From Nostoc punctiforme PCC 73102 (lineage in GTDB: Bacteria; Cyanobacteriota; Cyanobacteriia; Cyanobacteriales; Nostocaceae), in contig NC_010628.1 of the NCBI RefSeq assembly GCF_000020025.1, positions 6,810,001 to 6,842,000 on the forward strand: a DNA stretch of 32,000 nucleotides, given 5' to 3'. Below the pieces are notes generated by a model. The model did not search any database and was not told where the DNA came from. It saw only the letters and a program-made list of their open reading frames with translations. The position numbers and the translations under genes are program-made. Below, piece by piece: positions 1 to 9,416 of the stretch. Numbering within the stretch: position 1 is the stretch's first letter; each line of letters begins with the position of its first letter.

Positions 1-1319
1 GCGGAGAAATCCACTTTTACTATCCGTTTGGTGACAGAACCGTTAGGGTTGAGGCGAATCAAATCAACAGCACTGCTGCTAGCTCTGGCATCGTTGAATC
101 CCCCAGCAGCGAGTATAGCTTGATTTAAAGAGCTATTTGGTTGAACGTCTGTTAATCCTGGTTTTTTAACTTCACCTACCACACCAACTTGAATACGTGT
201 AGGAGACAAAGTAGTGGTAGCTAATTGAGTAGCTTCTGCGGGGTTAATTTCAGTTGCCGTCGGAATAACAATCGTATCTCCGTCTTGCACGATGATGTCT
301 TGACTAGCGTCGCCACTCTGCAATAGTTGCCAAAGGTTAATATCTATAGCCTGTTCTGAGCCAGTTCTTGTAAGTCGACGTAGCCTGAGATTACGAACAT
401 CAGCCTGTCCTGTAATTCCCCCAGCTAGTTGAATAACCCGTGTCACATTTGGTAAACCATTGGGATTAGCAGTACCACTGTTAGTTGCTGCGCCCCCCTG
501 AGCATCTGTACTGGCTGGGGTGACAAGATACGAACCGGGACGATTAACTTCACCGATAATTGTTACCGTGCGAGGCGTGGTTTGACTGGCGGCAAAATTA
601 GATGCAAATATATTACGAGATTCTGCCACATTGAAGTTGGTTGCTGTTGGCACAACGATGGTGTCTCCATCACGCAAGGTAATATCCTGTGATAACCTGC
701 CCGTTTGAATGAGTTCCTTCAAATTGACGTTAACGGCTTGCTCTGAAGAACGTCCTATTTTACGCCGTAATTGAACTTGAGTCACATCCGCAGCTAAGGT
801 TACTCCCTGCGCTGTTGTCAATGCGGCTAATACAGTTGGGTATTGTACACCTGGATTGTTGCCTGCGCCTCCGCTCAAGCTAAGAGTGTAAGCTCCTGGA
901 CGTGTCACTTCTCCGGCAACGAAAACATTGATAGGACGAGGCGATAATAAATTGACCGAGATTAAGGGACGTTTGAGAAAGCGAGCATATCTTCTAGCAA
1001 TTTCGTCAGCAGCCTGTTCAGTTGTTAGACCGAGGACTGACACGCTACCAATTAAAGGTAGGTTGATTGCTCCACCTGGGGGAACTTGGTATTCTCCTGT
1101 ATATTCAGGTACTTCAAATACATTTACACGGATGAGATCGCCGCCTCCTAATGAATAATTAGTATCTAATTGTGTTTGTGTGCTTGGTGTTTGTGTCGTT
1201 GGTGGTAATGGTTGTCCCTGAGCTAGACTCGCAAATGGCACAGCGACATTGACAGCACTTAACAAAGCCACACCCACAACTGGCTGAGTTAGGAATTTAA
1301 ACAAACTTGTGTTAAGCAT
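1..1319 (-). CDS. Polysaccharide export protein, Wza/Poly_export family with repeated SLBB-like modules. Partial: the C-terminus runs off the left edge.
   Basis: Hand translation of the minus strand from ATG (CAT at 1317-1319) gives MLNTSLFKFLTQPVVGVALLSAVNVAVPFASLAQGQPLPPTTQTPSTQTQLDTNYSLGGGDLIRVNVFEVPEYTGEYQVPPGGAINLPLIGSVSVLGLTTEQAA... This has a signal-peptide-like N-terminus and the Y-x-LG-x-GD-x-L motif typical of Poly_export domains. Downstream GEV-x-(R/K)PG repeats look SLBB-like. The ORF is absent from the track because it is open at the window edge. I translated only positions 1021-1319 (about the first 100 codons) base by base. Confidence 0.75.
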   Translation of the reverse strand, partial: MLNTSLFKFLTQPVVGVALLSAVNVAVPFASLAQGQPLPPTTQTPSTQTQLDTNYSLGGGDLIRVNVFEVPEYTGEYQVPPGGAINLPLIGSVSVLGLTTEQAADEIARRYARFLKRPLISVNLLSPRPINVFVAGEVTRPGAYTLSLSGGAGNNPGVQYPTVLAALTTAQGVTLAADVTQVQLRRKIGRSSEQAVNVNLKELIQTGRLSQDITLRDGDTIVVPTATNFNVAESRNIFASNFAASQTTPRTVTIIGEVNRPGSYLVTPASTDAQGGAATNSGTANPNGLPNVTRVIQLAGGITGQADVRNLRLRRLTRTGSEQAIDINLWQLLQSGDASQDIIVQDGDTIVIPTATEINPAEATQLATTTLSPTRIQVGVVGEVKKPGLTDVQPNSSLNQAILAAGGFNDARASSSAVDLIRLNPNGSVTKRIVKVDFS

Positions 1320-1855
1320 ATTTACCTGAGATTCTGAAACTACGATTAATAAAGTACTGTCTAAACATTTTTATTTTGACTATACCTAAGTATTCAAGTT
1401 CCCCAACACTCTTATTTTCCCCGAAAAGTGTAATTTTCCGGAGGAAATTTGTTTATTGAATTTGAATTTTTAGTGAAGTTAATTTAAAGTTGAGCAAACT
1501 TGAATCTGAGGATTCTCAAAAAATATGTGTCTTACGCAGATAAACAGAGTTTATATAAAAAATTGTCTGTTATGTAAAAAGGTACTTACCAATAACGCAT
1601 TTCTACCAAAGTCAATTAAATGACACTTAAACTGTGATTCTAAATATTCTATTAGTAGTAATTTTTGCAAAAATTATGAACTCCATTATCGATTAACTAC
1701 AAATAACCTTGAAAAAAGGTTGGAATTTAGTTTTTTGTGAGTTTGATTGAGCAAATAAAAACTCAAAAAAGCGGAAATTTAAGGTTATTTTGTAAAAAGA
1801 TACCACGTATCTACGTTGCTCAAACAAATCTAGAATTGAGTATTTGGCAACGAAA

Positions 1856-2839
1856 TTAATTAACTGAGTTATTTTTTCTTTGAATTTGTTGAATAAAAAA
1901 CTCTTCTAGGGAGTAACGCGACAAGTTCATAGCAATAATTTTACCTTCCATCAGACGAACACTAGCGAGGAAATCATAGTAATCGTCTTGTAGTGTACCT
2001 TGCCAGGAACCATCAGGTTCAAATCTAAGAGTGGGTATCCATTTTTTGAGAATTTCCCAGTCACCACCTTGACCTTTTACATAATATGTGTGGTCTACGC
2101 CTAAAAGTTCATTAAGGGAACCAGAGCAAATTAGTTCACCTTGAGCAAGGATGGCAATGCGATCGCAAATCTGTTCTACTTCACTAAGAACGTGGCTATT
2201 GAAAAAAATCGTCTTACCAGCAGCTTTTAGCGCCAGGATAATTTCCCGCATTTGGTAACGTCCCACCGGATCGAGACCAGACATTGGTTCATCCAGAAAA
2301 ACCAAATCTGGCTCGTTAATTAGCGCCTGTGCCATACCAACACGCTGTAGCATTCCTTTTGAATAGCGGCGTAAAAGCTTTTTGCGGGCATCAGCTTGGG
2401 ATAAACCCACTAATTCCAGCAGTTGGGGAATGCGTTGGCGTTGGACACTTTGGGGAATTTGGAATAGTCCAGCAGCTAGCTGCAAAAATTCCCAGCCAGT
2501 GAGATAGTCATACAAATAAGGGTTTTCTGGCAGATAGCCGATATGTTGCTTAACACTGCGATCGCCTATAGGCTTATCCAATAACAATCCCCGTCCAGAA
2601 GTGGGATGAATAATTCCCAGCAATAATTTTAAAAGGGTGGTTTTACCAGCACCGTTTGGTCCTAGCAAACCAAAGGTTTCGCCTTTGTAAACCGTTAAAG
2701 AACAGTTTTTGAGAGATACGATTTTTTGATTTAGCCAAAAACCAGTGCGATAGACTTTTCGCAACTCAGAAGTTAGGACTACTGGCGGAGTGTCTGCCGT
2801 ATTAAGTTGAGAATCAGGGTCATCTGTAACAGACTTCAT
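1856..2839 (-). CDS. ABC transporter ATP-binding protein (ABC-2/DrrA-like, with a C-terminal extension)
   Basis: Walker A GPNGAGKTT, ABC signature YSKGMLQR, Walker B LVFLDEP, H-loop NSH. Confidence 0.9.
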   Translation of the reverse strand: MKSVTDDPDSQLNTADTPPVVLTSELRKVYRTGFWLNQKIVSLKNCSLTVYKGETFGLLGPNGAGKTTLLKLLLGIIHPTSGRGLLLDKPIGDRSVKQHIGYLPENPYLYDYLTGWEFLQLAAGLFQIPQSVQRQRIPQLLELVGLSQADARKKLLRRYSKGMLQRVGMAQALINEPDLVFLDEPMSGLDPVGRYQMREIILALKAAGKTIFFNSHVLSEVEQICDRIAILAQGELICSGSLNELLGVDHTYYVKGQGGDWEILKKWIPTLRFEPDGSWQGTLQDDYYDFLASVRLMEGKIIAMNLSRYSLEEFFIQQIQRKNNSVN

Positions 2840-2979
2840 CTTGGTTCAACCGCTAATTACCAGCTTGGTATTAATTACAAGTTACCTAGTAGGCTGATAA
2901 TAACCATCACCAAGTTATGTGTCAATTATTGGGTATTGGAGATTAGAGGGGAAATAACTAATGCCCCTTTTGACTACTT

Positions 2980-3621
2980 TCAGAGAACGCCTTTAGAACT
3001 GGGAATTAGACCAGCACGACGGGGGTCAATCTCCACTGCTAGCCGTGTTGCTCTTGCAAAGGCTTTAAATGTTGCCTCTATAATGTGGTGGGAATTAATG
3101 CCATCCAGTTGCCGAATGTGGAGTGTCATTTGGCTATGGTTCACCAGTGCTACAAAGAATTCGCGCACAAGTTGAGTGTCATAGGTTCCTACACGCTGGG
3201 TAGGAATTTGCAAGCCGTAGCTGAGGTGAGGTCGTCCAGAAAAGTCTAGCGCTACTTGAACTAAAGCTTCATCCAATGGTGCAAGAAAATTACCAAAGCG
3301 GACAATACCTTTTCTGTCGCCTAGTGCTTGGTTGAAAGCTTGGCCTAAAGTAATGCCTACATCTTCGTTGGTGTGATGGTCATCAATTTCCAAGTCTCCC
3401 TTGGCTTGGACATCTATATCAATCAGCCCGTGGGAGGCAATTTGATGCAACATGTGATCCAAAAACGGAATGCCTGTTGCTGCCGTGCAAGTTCCTCTAC
3501 CATCGAGATTGATGGTAACTTGTACATCAGTTTCACCAGTAGTACGGTGAACAGTGGCAATCCGAGGGTTTTTAGTTGACTGGTCGTAGTTTGAATTAAC
3601 TTGGCGATTGGTTGTTTGCAT
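2980..3621 (-). CDS. hisB: Imidazoleglycerol-phosphate dehydratase
   Basis: 213 aa with the characteristic IGPD motifs: [43 protein letters not shown]. Confidence 0.95.
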   Translation of the reverse strand: MQTTNRQVNSNYDQSTKNPRIATVHRTTGETDVQVTINLDGRGTCTAATGIPFLDHMLHQIASHGLIDIDVQAKGDLEIDDHHTNEDVGITLGQAFNQALGDRKGIVRFGNFLAPLDEALVQVALDFSGRPHLSYGLQIPTQRVGTYDTQLVREFFVALVNHSQMTLHIRQLDGINSHHIIEATFKAFARATRLAVEIDPRRAGLIPSSKGVL

Positions 3622-3755
3622 GGGGAATAGGGAATGGGGAACTTGTACTGAGCGCAGTCGTTGGCGCAGCCTCTCGTAGAGAAGTATGGGGAATGGGGAG
3701 TGGGCAAGAATAATTCTTCACTTAACTACCCCTACTCCTCACTCCCCAAATTATC

Positions 3756-4532
3756 TTACATTCCCATAATTTCATATCCTGCATCTACATATAGAACTTG
3801 TCCGGTAATACCACTGGACAAATCACTACATAAGAAAGCGGCAGTATTACCCACTTCTAGCTGAGTGACAGTACGGCGCAGGGGAGCTACTTCTTCGACA
3901 TGATGGATCATATCCAAAATTCCACCAACTGCTGAAGATGCTAAGGTGCGGATGGGGCCTGCGGAGATGGCATTGACGCGGATATTTTGCGGTCCTAGTT
4001 CAGCAGCTAGGTAACGCACACTCATTTCTAACCCTGCTTTCGCAACTCCCATAACGTTGTAGTTAGGAATTGCTCTGACACCGCCTAAATATGTCAGCGT
4101 GACGATACTACCTCCCTCAGTCATCAAAGGTTTCGCTGCACCACTTAACTGCACCAGCGAGTAGGTACTGATTTCTAAGGCAGTGCTGAAGCCAGAACGA
4201 GAAGTTTGGCTAAAGTCTCCACTTAAATCGTCTTTACTGGCAAAGGCCAGACAATGGATGAGAATGTCTAGCTTCCCCCATTGCTCACGAATTGTCTCAA
4301 AGGTAAATTGAATCTGTTCCTCATCTTGGACATTACAAGGAAGAAATAAGCTTGGGTTGAGGGGTTCTACCAACTCCGCAACTTTTTTCTCCATTTTGCC
4401 GCGTTCATCCGGTAGGTAGGTAATACCCAGGTTTGCTCCGGCTTTATGCAGCTGTTGGGCGATGCCCCAGGCGATCGAGCGGTTATTGGCAATACCTGTA
4501 ACAAGAGCATTTTTTCCAGTCAGATTCAGCAT
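3756..4532 (-). CDS. fabI: Enoyl-[acyl-carrier-protein] reductase (NADH), FabI
   Basis: 258 aa SDR. GIANNRSIAWGIA N-terminus, Y-x6-K region (YNVMGVAKAGLE), ISAGPIRT. Lies upstream of hisB and divergent from ntcA, as I recall for Anabaena/Nostoc genomes. Confidence 0.95.
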   Translation of the reverse strand: MLNLTGKNALVTGIANNRSIAWGIAQQLHKAGANLGITYLPDERGKMEKKVAELVEPLNPSLFLPCNVQDEEQIQFTFETIREQWGKLDILIHCLAFASKDDLSGDFSQTSRSGFSTALEISTYSLVQLSGAAKPLMTEGGSIVTLTYLGGVRAIPNYNVMGVAKAGLEMSVRYLAAELGPQNIRVNAISAGPIRTLASSAVGGILDMIHHVEEVAPLRRTVTQLEVGNTAAFLCSDLSSGITGQVLYVDAGYEIMGM

Positions 4533-4809
4533 AGAAATTGTTAATGCGATCGATCATTAGGAGCATACTAGAATCTGAGGCACGTTTGTCTTTGTTTTAT
4601 ACAGGATTTGCAAAAATGAATATTGAGAAGGGCGTTTGCTATGACAAAAATCTTGATTTTTCCTAAAGATTTTCTCAAGATATCTTTATTTGTTCTTTAA
4701 AAAACCCTTTTTAATACAGTTATTGGAACTACTTATCAACAATTAGTAGCTGAAAGGATCAACAATTATGTATCATTATAAACAAACAGTTATGAAGCGA
4801 TTAGTTTGA

Positions 4810-4823
4810 GTATAGGAAAGTAC
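4810..4823 (+). promoter_or_regulatory. Candidate NtcA box (GTA-N8-TAC) upstream of ntcA
   Basis: The sequence GTAtaggaaagTAC matches the GTA-N8-TAC consensus exactly, 89 nt upstream of the ntcA ATG. I see no clean TAN3T -10 box at the canonical spacing; only TATTCA/TCATTT-like hexamers lie near 4843-4851. Confidence 0.35.
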
Positions 4824-4911
4824 AGAAAGGTTGACGGTGCTTTATTCATTTTTCGGGTGTATTCTTAGGTAATCAGTTTTTGTTTTTCCGGCATTGGGTA
4901 GGGGAAGGGAG

Positions 4912-5583
4912 ATGATCGTGACACAAGATAAAGCCCTAGCAAATGTATTTCGTCAGATGGCGACCGGGGCGTTTCCGCCAGTTGTGGAAACGTTTGAACG
5001 CAATAAAACGATCTTTTTTCCTGGCGATCCTGCCGAACGAGTTTATTTTCTTTTGAAAGGTGCTGTTAAACTTTCTAGGGTGTACGAGGCAGGAGAGGAA
5101 ATAACAGTAGCATTGCTTCGGGAAAATAGTGTTTTTGGTGTTTTGTCATTGCTGACAGGAAATAAGTCGGATAGGTTTTACCATGCGGTTGCATTTACCC
5201 CTGTGGAATTACTGTCAGCCCCAATTGAACAAGTAGAGCAAGCACTCAAAGAAAATCCAGAATTATCAATGTTAATGCTGCGGGGTCTATCTTCGCGCAT
5301 TCTACAAACAGAGATGATGATTGAAACTCTCGCTCACCGAGATATGGGTTCTAGGTTGGTGAGTTTTTTATTAATTCTTTGTCGAGATTTTGGCGTTCCT
5401 TGTGCTGATGGGATCACTATCGATCTGAAGTTATCTCATCAGGCGATCGCAGAAGCAATTGGTTCAACTCGTGTTACCGTTACTAGGCTACTAGGGGATT
5501 TGCGTGAGAAAAAGATGATTTCTATCCACAAAAAGAAGATTACCGTGCATAAACCTGTTACCTTAAGTAGGCAATTCACATAA
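4912..5583 (+). CDS. ntcA: Global nitrogen regulator NtcA (CRP/FNR family)
   Basis: From the ATG at 4912 the 223-aa product starts [15 protein letters not shown]... and carries the C-terminal HTH ([17 protein letters not shown]). This is the NtcA sequence as I recall it from Anabaena/Nostoc. The track start at 4894 is a TTG that adds 6 residues, and I do not favour it. Confidence 0.95.
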
Positions 5584-5751
5584 AATCAATCGGAGAAAGG
5601 GGAATCGGCGCGTGTTCTATTTTGAAAGATGACACTAATAGCTAGAGGTAAATCTAAAATTGAATAATTTCAGCTATTGCCAACTTCCACTTCTCCGCAG
5701 ACAATGCTTAAAAGTAGTAGGCTGTATCTGGAAGGATTTCGGTAGCTAAAG

Positions 5752-7242
5752 ATGACCACCGGATACATCCTCATCGCAGCAATTTTAATCTTGGGAGGCG
5801 TAATTGCAACCGTGGGCGATCGCATCGGCACACGAGTTGGCAAAGCCCGCCTCTCACTTTTTAAGCTTCGTCCGAAAAATACTGCCGTAGTGGTAACTAT
5901 TTTTACGGGCGGTTTGATTTCAGCATCAACATTAGGAATTTTATTCGCTGCCGATGAAGGTTTGCGAAAGGGAGTCTTTGAATTAGAAGATATTCAAACA
6001 GACCTCAGACAGAAGCGAGAACAGCTAAAAACCGCAGAAACTCAGAAAAGTCAGGTAGAAAGTGAGCTAAATCAAGCAAGAATTGCCCAAGCAAAAGCAC
6101 AACAAGACTTACAGGCAATTAATCAGTCTTTACAAGCAGCGAATGCCAAACAACTCCAAACACAAGCTCAGTTGAACCGCACCATTAGTCAACAAGCCCA
6201 AACTCAAACTCAACTCCAACGCACTCAAGGTCAGTTAGGACAAGTTGTAACTCAGTACCAAAAAGCCATAGCTGAGTTGCAAAGCGTTTCCAATCAAAGA
6301 AAAGAGCTACAGGCGGCAGTTGAACTACTGAAGACAGAACGACAACGACTGTACGCTGAAGCGAAAAAAGCGATTGACGAAGCCAAAACAGCTATTGAAA
6401 AACGCGATCGCGAACTGGCTAACCGTCAAGAAGCCATAGAACAACGCGATAAAAAAATTGGCCAACTCGATCAATTGATTCAAAAGCGTAATGTAGAAGT
6501 TGCAGCACGAGAGCAAGTGATTGCCAAACGGGAATCGCGCCTCAAAGAATTGGAAGCACAACAAGAGCAACTAGAACTGGAAGTTGCCAGGCTGGAAAAA
6601 TATTATCAGTCTTACCGCGACCTGCGTCTAGGTAAGCTGGCCTTAATTCGCGGTCAAGTTCTGTCTGCTGCTGTCATTCGTGTTACCCAACCTGCTGCTG
6701 CTCATCAGGCAGTGGTACAACTTTTACAAGAAGCAAATCGCAACGCCAACCTGGAATTAAGTGAGCCTGGGGCAAATCCTGCAAATGTAGAGCTACTGCG
6801 CGTGACTCAGGATAGGGTTGACCAATTGAGCAAGCAGATTAGCGATGGTCAAGAATATGTGGTGCGAATTTTCTCGGCTGGTAATTACGTCAGGGGAGAA
6901 AAACAGATAGAGTTTTTCGCCGATACAGCGCGAAATCAATTGGTTTTTTCAGGAGGTGCAGTGCTAGCAACAACTAGTGCCGATTCCAAAACCATGACAT
7001 CCTATCAGTTACAGCAACGGCTGGAAATACTAATTTCTGCTTCTCAATTTCGTGCCCGTAATGCCGGAATTGTCGAAAATGTGCAAGTAGACGGGACTTT
7101 CTTGCGCTTTGTCGCCCAATTAAGACAGTACAATCAACCCTTAGAAATCAAAGCGATCGCAGCAGAGGACACTTATACAGCCGGGCCATTGAGAGTAAAA
7201 TTAGTGGCAATAGTCAACGGAAAAATTATTTTTAGTACTTAA
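5752..7242 (+). CDS. Membrane-anchored coiled-coil protein, DUF3084-like
   Basis: Two N-terminal TM segments (ILIAAILILGGVIATVGDRIG...; VVVTIFTGGLISASTLGILFA), a long Q/A/E-rich coiled coil, then a globular C-terminus. The position immediately downstream of ntcA matches other Nostocales, from memory. Confidence 0.7.
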   Translation: MTTGYILIAAILILGGVIATVGDRIGTRVGKARLSLFKLRPKNTAVVVTIFTGGLISASTLGILFAADEGLRKGVFELEDIQTDLRQKREQLKTAETQKSQVESELNQARIAQAKAQQDLQAINQSLQAANAKQLQTQAQLNRTISQQAQTQTQLQRTQGQLGQVVTQYQKAIAELQSVSNQRKELQAAVELLKTERQRLYAEAKKAIDEAKTAIEKRDRELANRQEAIEQRDKKIGQLDQLIQKRNVEVAAREQVIAKRESRLKELEAQQEQLELEVARLEKYYQSYRDLRLGKLALIRGQVLSAAVIRVTQPAAAHQAVVQLLQEANRNANLELSEPGANPANVELLRVTQDRVDQLSKQISDGQEYVVRIFSAGNYVRGEKQIEFFADTARNQLVFSGGAVLATTSADSKTMTSYQLQQRLEILISASQFRARNAGIVENVQVDGTFLRFVAQLRQYNQPLEIKAIAAEDTYTAGPLRVKLVAIVNGKIIFST

Positions 7243-7357
7243 AACATTATTTGCACACTGTTATTAGTAAGATTTAAACATATTCAACAGCAGTCAAAAT
7301 AGTTGCTGTGATTGCATTTATTGATTTCTTATTCTTAATTTTTATTTTTAATTTCTT

Positions 7358-7813
7358 ATGACTTCCCGTGAATTTTCACCAACACAACCAGTCATATTAG
7401 GGTTTGATCCAGGTCGAGATAAGTGTGGTTTAGCGGTGATGGGACTGGATCGGCAATTGTATTATCATCAGGTTGTGCTAGCAAAAGAGGCGATCGCTAC
7501 CATTGAAACACTACGTCAAAAGTTTCCGATCTCCTTGATGGTGATGGGCGACCAAACTACAGCCAAGCAGTGGAGGGAAAAATTATATCAGGAATTGACA
7601 GAACCTCTGAGTATTATTTTAGTGGATGAGCGGTATACAACCTTAGAAGCACGCGATCGCTATTGGCAAATGTTCCCACCCAAAGGGCTAACAAAGCTAT
7701 TGCCACAAGGCCTACGACAGCCTCCAAGACCGATAGATGACATTGTTGCCATTCTCTTAATCGAAAGATACTTAAACCGCCTCACAGAATCAACACTCAG
7801 CAGTCAAGAGTGA
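7358..7813 (+). CDS. RNase H-fold putative Holliday-junction resolvase-like protein (YqgF/RuvX-like)
   Basis: 151 aa. The N-terminal ILGFDPGRDKCGLAV resembles the G-x-D-x-G-x-K-x-x-G-x-A motif of YqgF/RuvC-fold nucleases, and there is a later acidic DERYTT motif. Confidence 0.6.
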   Translation: MTSREFSPTQPVILGFDPGRDKCGLAVMGLDRQLYYHQVVLAKEAIATIETLRQKFPISLMVMGDQTTAKQWREKLYQELTEPLSIILVDERYTTLEARDRYWQMFPPKGLTKLLPQGLRQPPRPIDDIVAILLIERYLNRLTESTLSSQE

Positions 7814-7825
7814 GGAATTACATAA

Positions 7826-7918
7826 TTAACTCCTGTACAGACGCGATTAATGAGCCAGCGCGTTGCGGGGGTTCCCCCCGTTGTAGCGACTGGTGTCGCG
7901 TCTCCCTTAACTCCTAAC
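7826..7918. repeat. Small dispersed palindromic repeat (AACTCCTGTACAGACGCGATTAAT ... CGCGTCTC-CTTAACTCCTAAC) carrying a nested ~43-nt insertion
   Basis: The same element occurs at 22601-22655 in the opposite orientation without the central segment GAGCCAGCGCGTTGCGGGGGTTCCCCCCGTTGTAGCGACTGGT. That segment is itself an imperfect hairpin. Confidence 0.8.
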
Positions 7919-7920
7919 TT

Positions 7921-8187
7921 TTAAAGTTCCGCCCGAATAGTAAAAGCATAATCTCCTCCAGGCTCTAGCTGATAATCTTGTTGCTCCAAAAATCGACCAA
8001 GGGGTTCTTTGATTAAAGCGCGGCCTTGGGAAGGCTTGACGGCAAGTTCTCCCCGGCGAAAATGCCACTGGAAATGCCACTCAAACTCACCTGCACTCAC
8101 TTCACCCTCAAGGAAGCCGTGTTGCCAAGATTGGCGGGTGATTCTGACATGGGCAATGGTTTCTGGCAGTCGTCTTTTAGCACTCAC
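7921..8187 (-). CDS. Small hypothetical protein (88 aa)
   Basis: Clean ORF with normal composition, convergent with the resolvase-like gene. I recognise no motif with confidence. The overlapping plus-strand ORFs at 8009-8260 and 8026-8208 look spurious. Confidence 0.5.
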   Translation of the reverse strand: MSAKRRLPETIAHVRITRQSWQHGFLEGEVSAGEFEWHFQWHFRRGELAVKPSQGRALIKEPLGRFLEQQDYQLEPGGDYAFTIRAEL

Positions 8188-8495
8188 AATGCTTTATGTC
8201 AAGTGTAGAATAACAGCCGATCGTGTAGGCTTCTTATTTTATGTACCAAAAATAGCCTAAATAGACAAACTGACAAAGTGAGTATTTTTAGTTGAGTAAG
8301 AATGGTACTAATCGAGAATGCTGCATGTAAAATTTCAGTTAAAAGTGACTCAAGCCTCCTTAAGCTAAGCGTTTCGTGTCCATATAGCAAATCCTAAATC
8401 ATTTGTGATGGACAATATCCCCAGCTTCCTAAATAAGTCAGCGATCTATGACTTCAGTCTATGGGCATAGTGGTAAGTAGTGGAGATAGTTTTTA

Positions 8496-9257
8496 TTAAA
8501 GTTTTAGAAATAAGAGTATCCTAGAAACTGCATATCTAACGCTTCTTTCATCAGTATATTGTGGATTGATTGGGATTTCTTTGAAAGATTTCAGTACAAT
8601 TACAGCCCGATAAAGCTTAGAGTATTTATATTGCTTTTCTTGGATGTCAAAACACAGAATATTTTCTAGTGGATGTTCAATAACTTGATTGCCACGAAGA
8701 CTTTTACGTTCGATAAAGACCTTATCGATACTCTTATAGAAGGTGCAGGTAGTTACAGGTGATGTTGCAAAAAAAGCAGCGATCGCCATGATAATTAATA
8801 TAGATAAACTTAAGAAAAATAGATAGTTTCGCTGATTTTGCTGTACAAATAGCGAAGTTTTATTAGAGTTGATAAAATCGTTTGTTTTCAAGGTAAATTC
8901 TTGATTTTGTTCATAGCTAAGATGGGATAAAAGAGGAAAATCTTGAAATGGAGTCACAATTATAACCTGATAGCTTTTCGACCCTTTGCTGCCAGTCTTT
9001 GTGAGAATGTATGCTTCACTGGGATCAAACATTCTGAGTTTCTCCATCCTTCCCAGCAAATTAAACCGTCTCAATTCACAATTAATTTTGCTTGGCGAGA
9101 GGCGATCGCAATTGAGGCTAACTGAAGCAGACTCAAAAAATAAGCAGTAAATCAAGAAGCTTAAACAGACAGTAAAAATGCACCACCCAATGAACCAATA
9201 TCTGAGTGGCCGATGCTTTAGCTGCAATCTGGTACGGGTTTCCTCTACAATTTTCAT
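8496..9257 (-). CDS. Hypothetical two-TM membrane protein with apparent internal duplication
   Basis: 253 aa, AT-rich codon usage. Two hydrophobic helices (YWFIGWCIFTVCLSFLIYCLFF; YLFFLSLSILIIMAIAAFFA), each followed by an ~85-95 aa soluble segment of similar pattern. Confidence 0.5.
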   Translation of the reverse strand: MKIVEETRTRLQLKHRPLRYWFIGWCIFTVCLSFLIYCLFFESASVSLNCDRLSPSKINCELRRFNLLGRMEKLRMFDPSEAYILTKTGSKGSKSYQVIIVTPFQDFPLLSHLSYEQNQEFTLKTNDFINSNKTSLFVQQNQRNYLFFLSLSILIIMAIAAFFATSPVTTCTFYKSIDKVFIERKSLRGNQVIEHPLENILCFDIQEKQYKYSKLYRAVIVLKSFKEIPINPQYTDERSVRYAVSRILLFLKL

Positions 9258-9416
9258 CAGTGCTTGTGTATAGAATACTTAACCCCTGAGTAGAGTATTC
9301 CCTTAGTAGCCCATTCACTTATCACCAAATCTAAGTACTAGGGAGGATTTATGATAAATCGCTCAAAAAGCTTTGACTAGCTGGGATAATTGGGGCAGAA
9401 AGCTATAGCTAGAAGT

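Noticed and set aside
928-1158. 76-aa plus-strand ORF
   Set aside because: It lies entirely within the minus-strand polysaccharide-export CDS, whose translation carries clear family motifs.
3423-3864. ORFs 3423-3707 (-) and 3661-3864 (+) spanning the hisB-fabI spacer
   Set aside because: They overlap the hisB and fabI coding regions in other frames and run through STRR-like repeat sequence. The translations have no motifs.
4894-4911. TTG-initiated 6-residue N-terminal extension of NtcA (MGRGRE)
   Set aside because: The known NtcA N-terminus, as I recall it, starts MIVTQDK at the ATG at 4912. The extension is G/R-rich and unsupported.
6325-6570. 81-aa antisense ORF inside the DUF3084-like gene
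   Set aside because: It is the mirror image of a low-complexity coiled-coil coding region (Q/A/E-rich sense gives F/L/C-rich antisense). There is no independent support.
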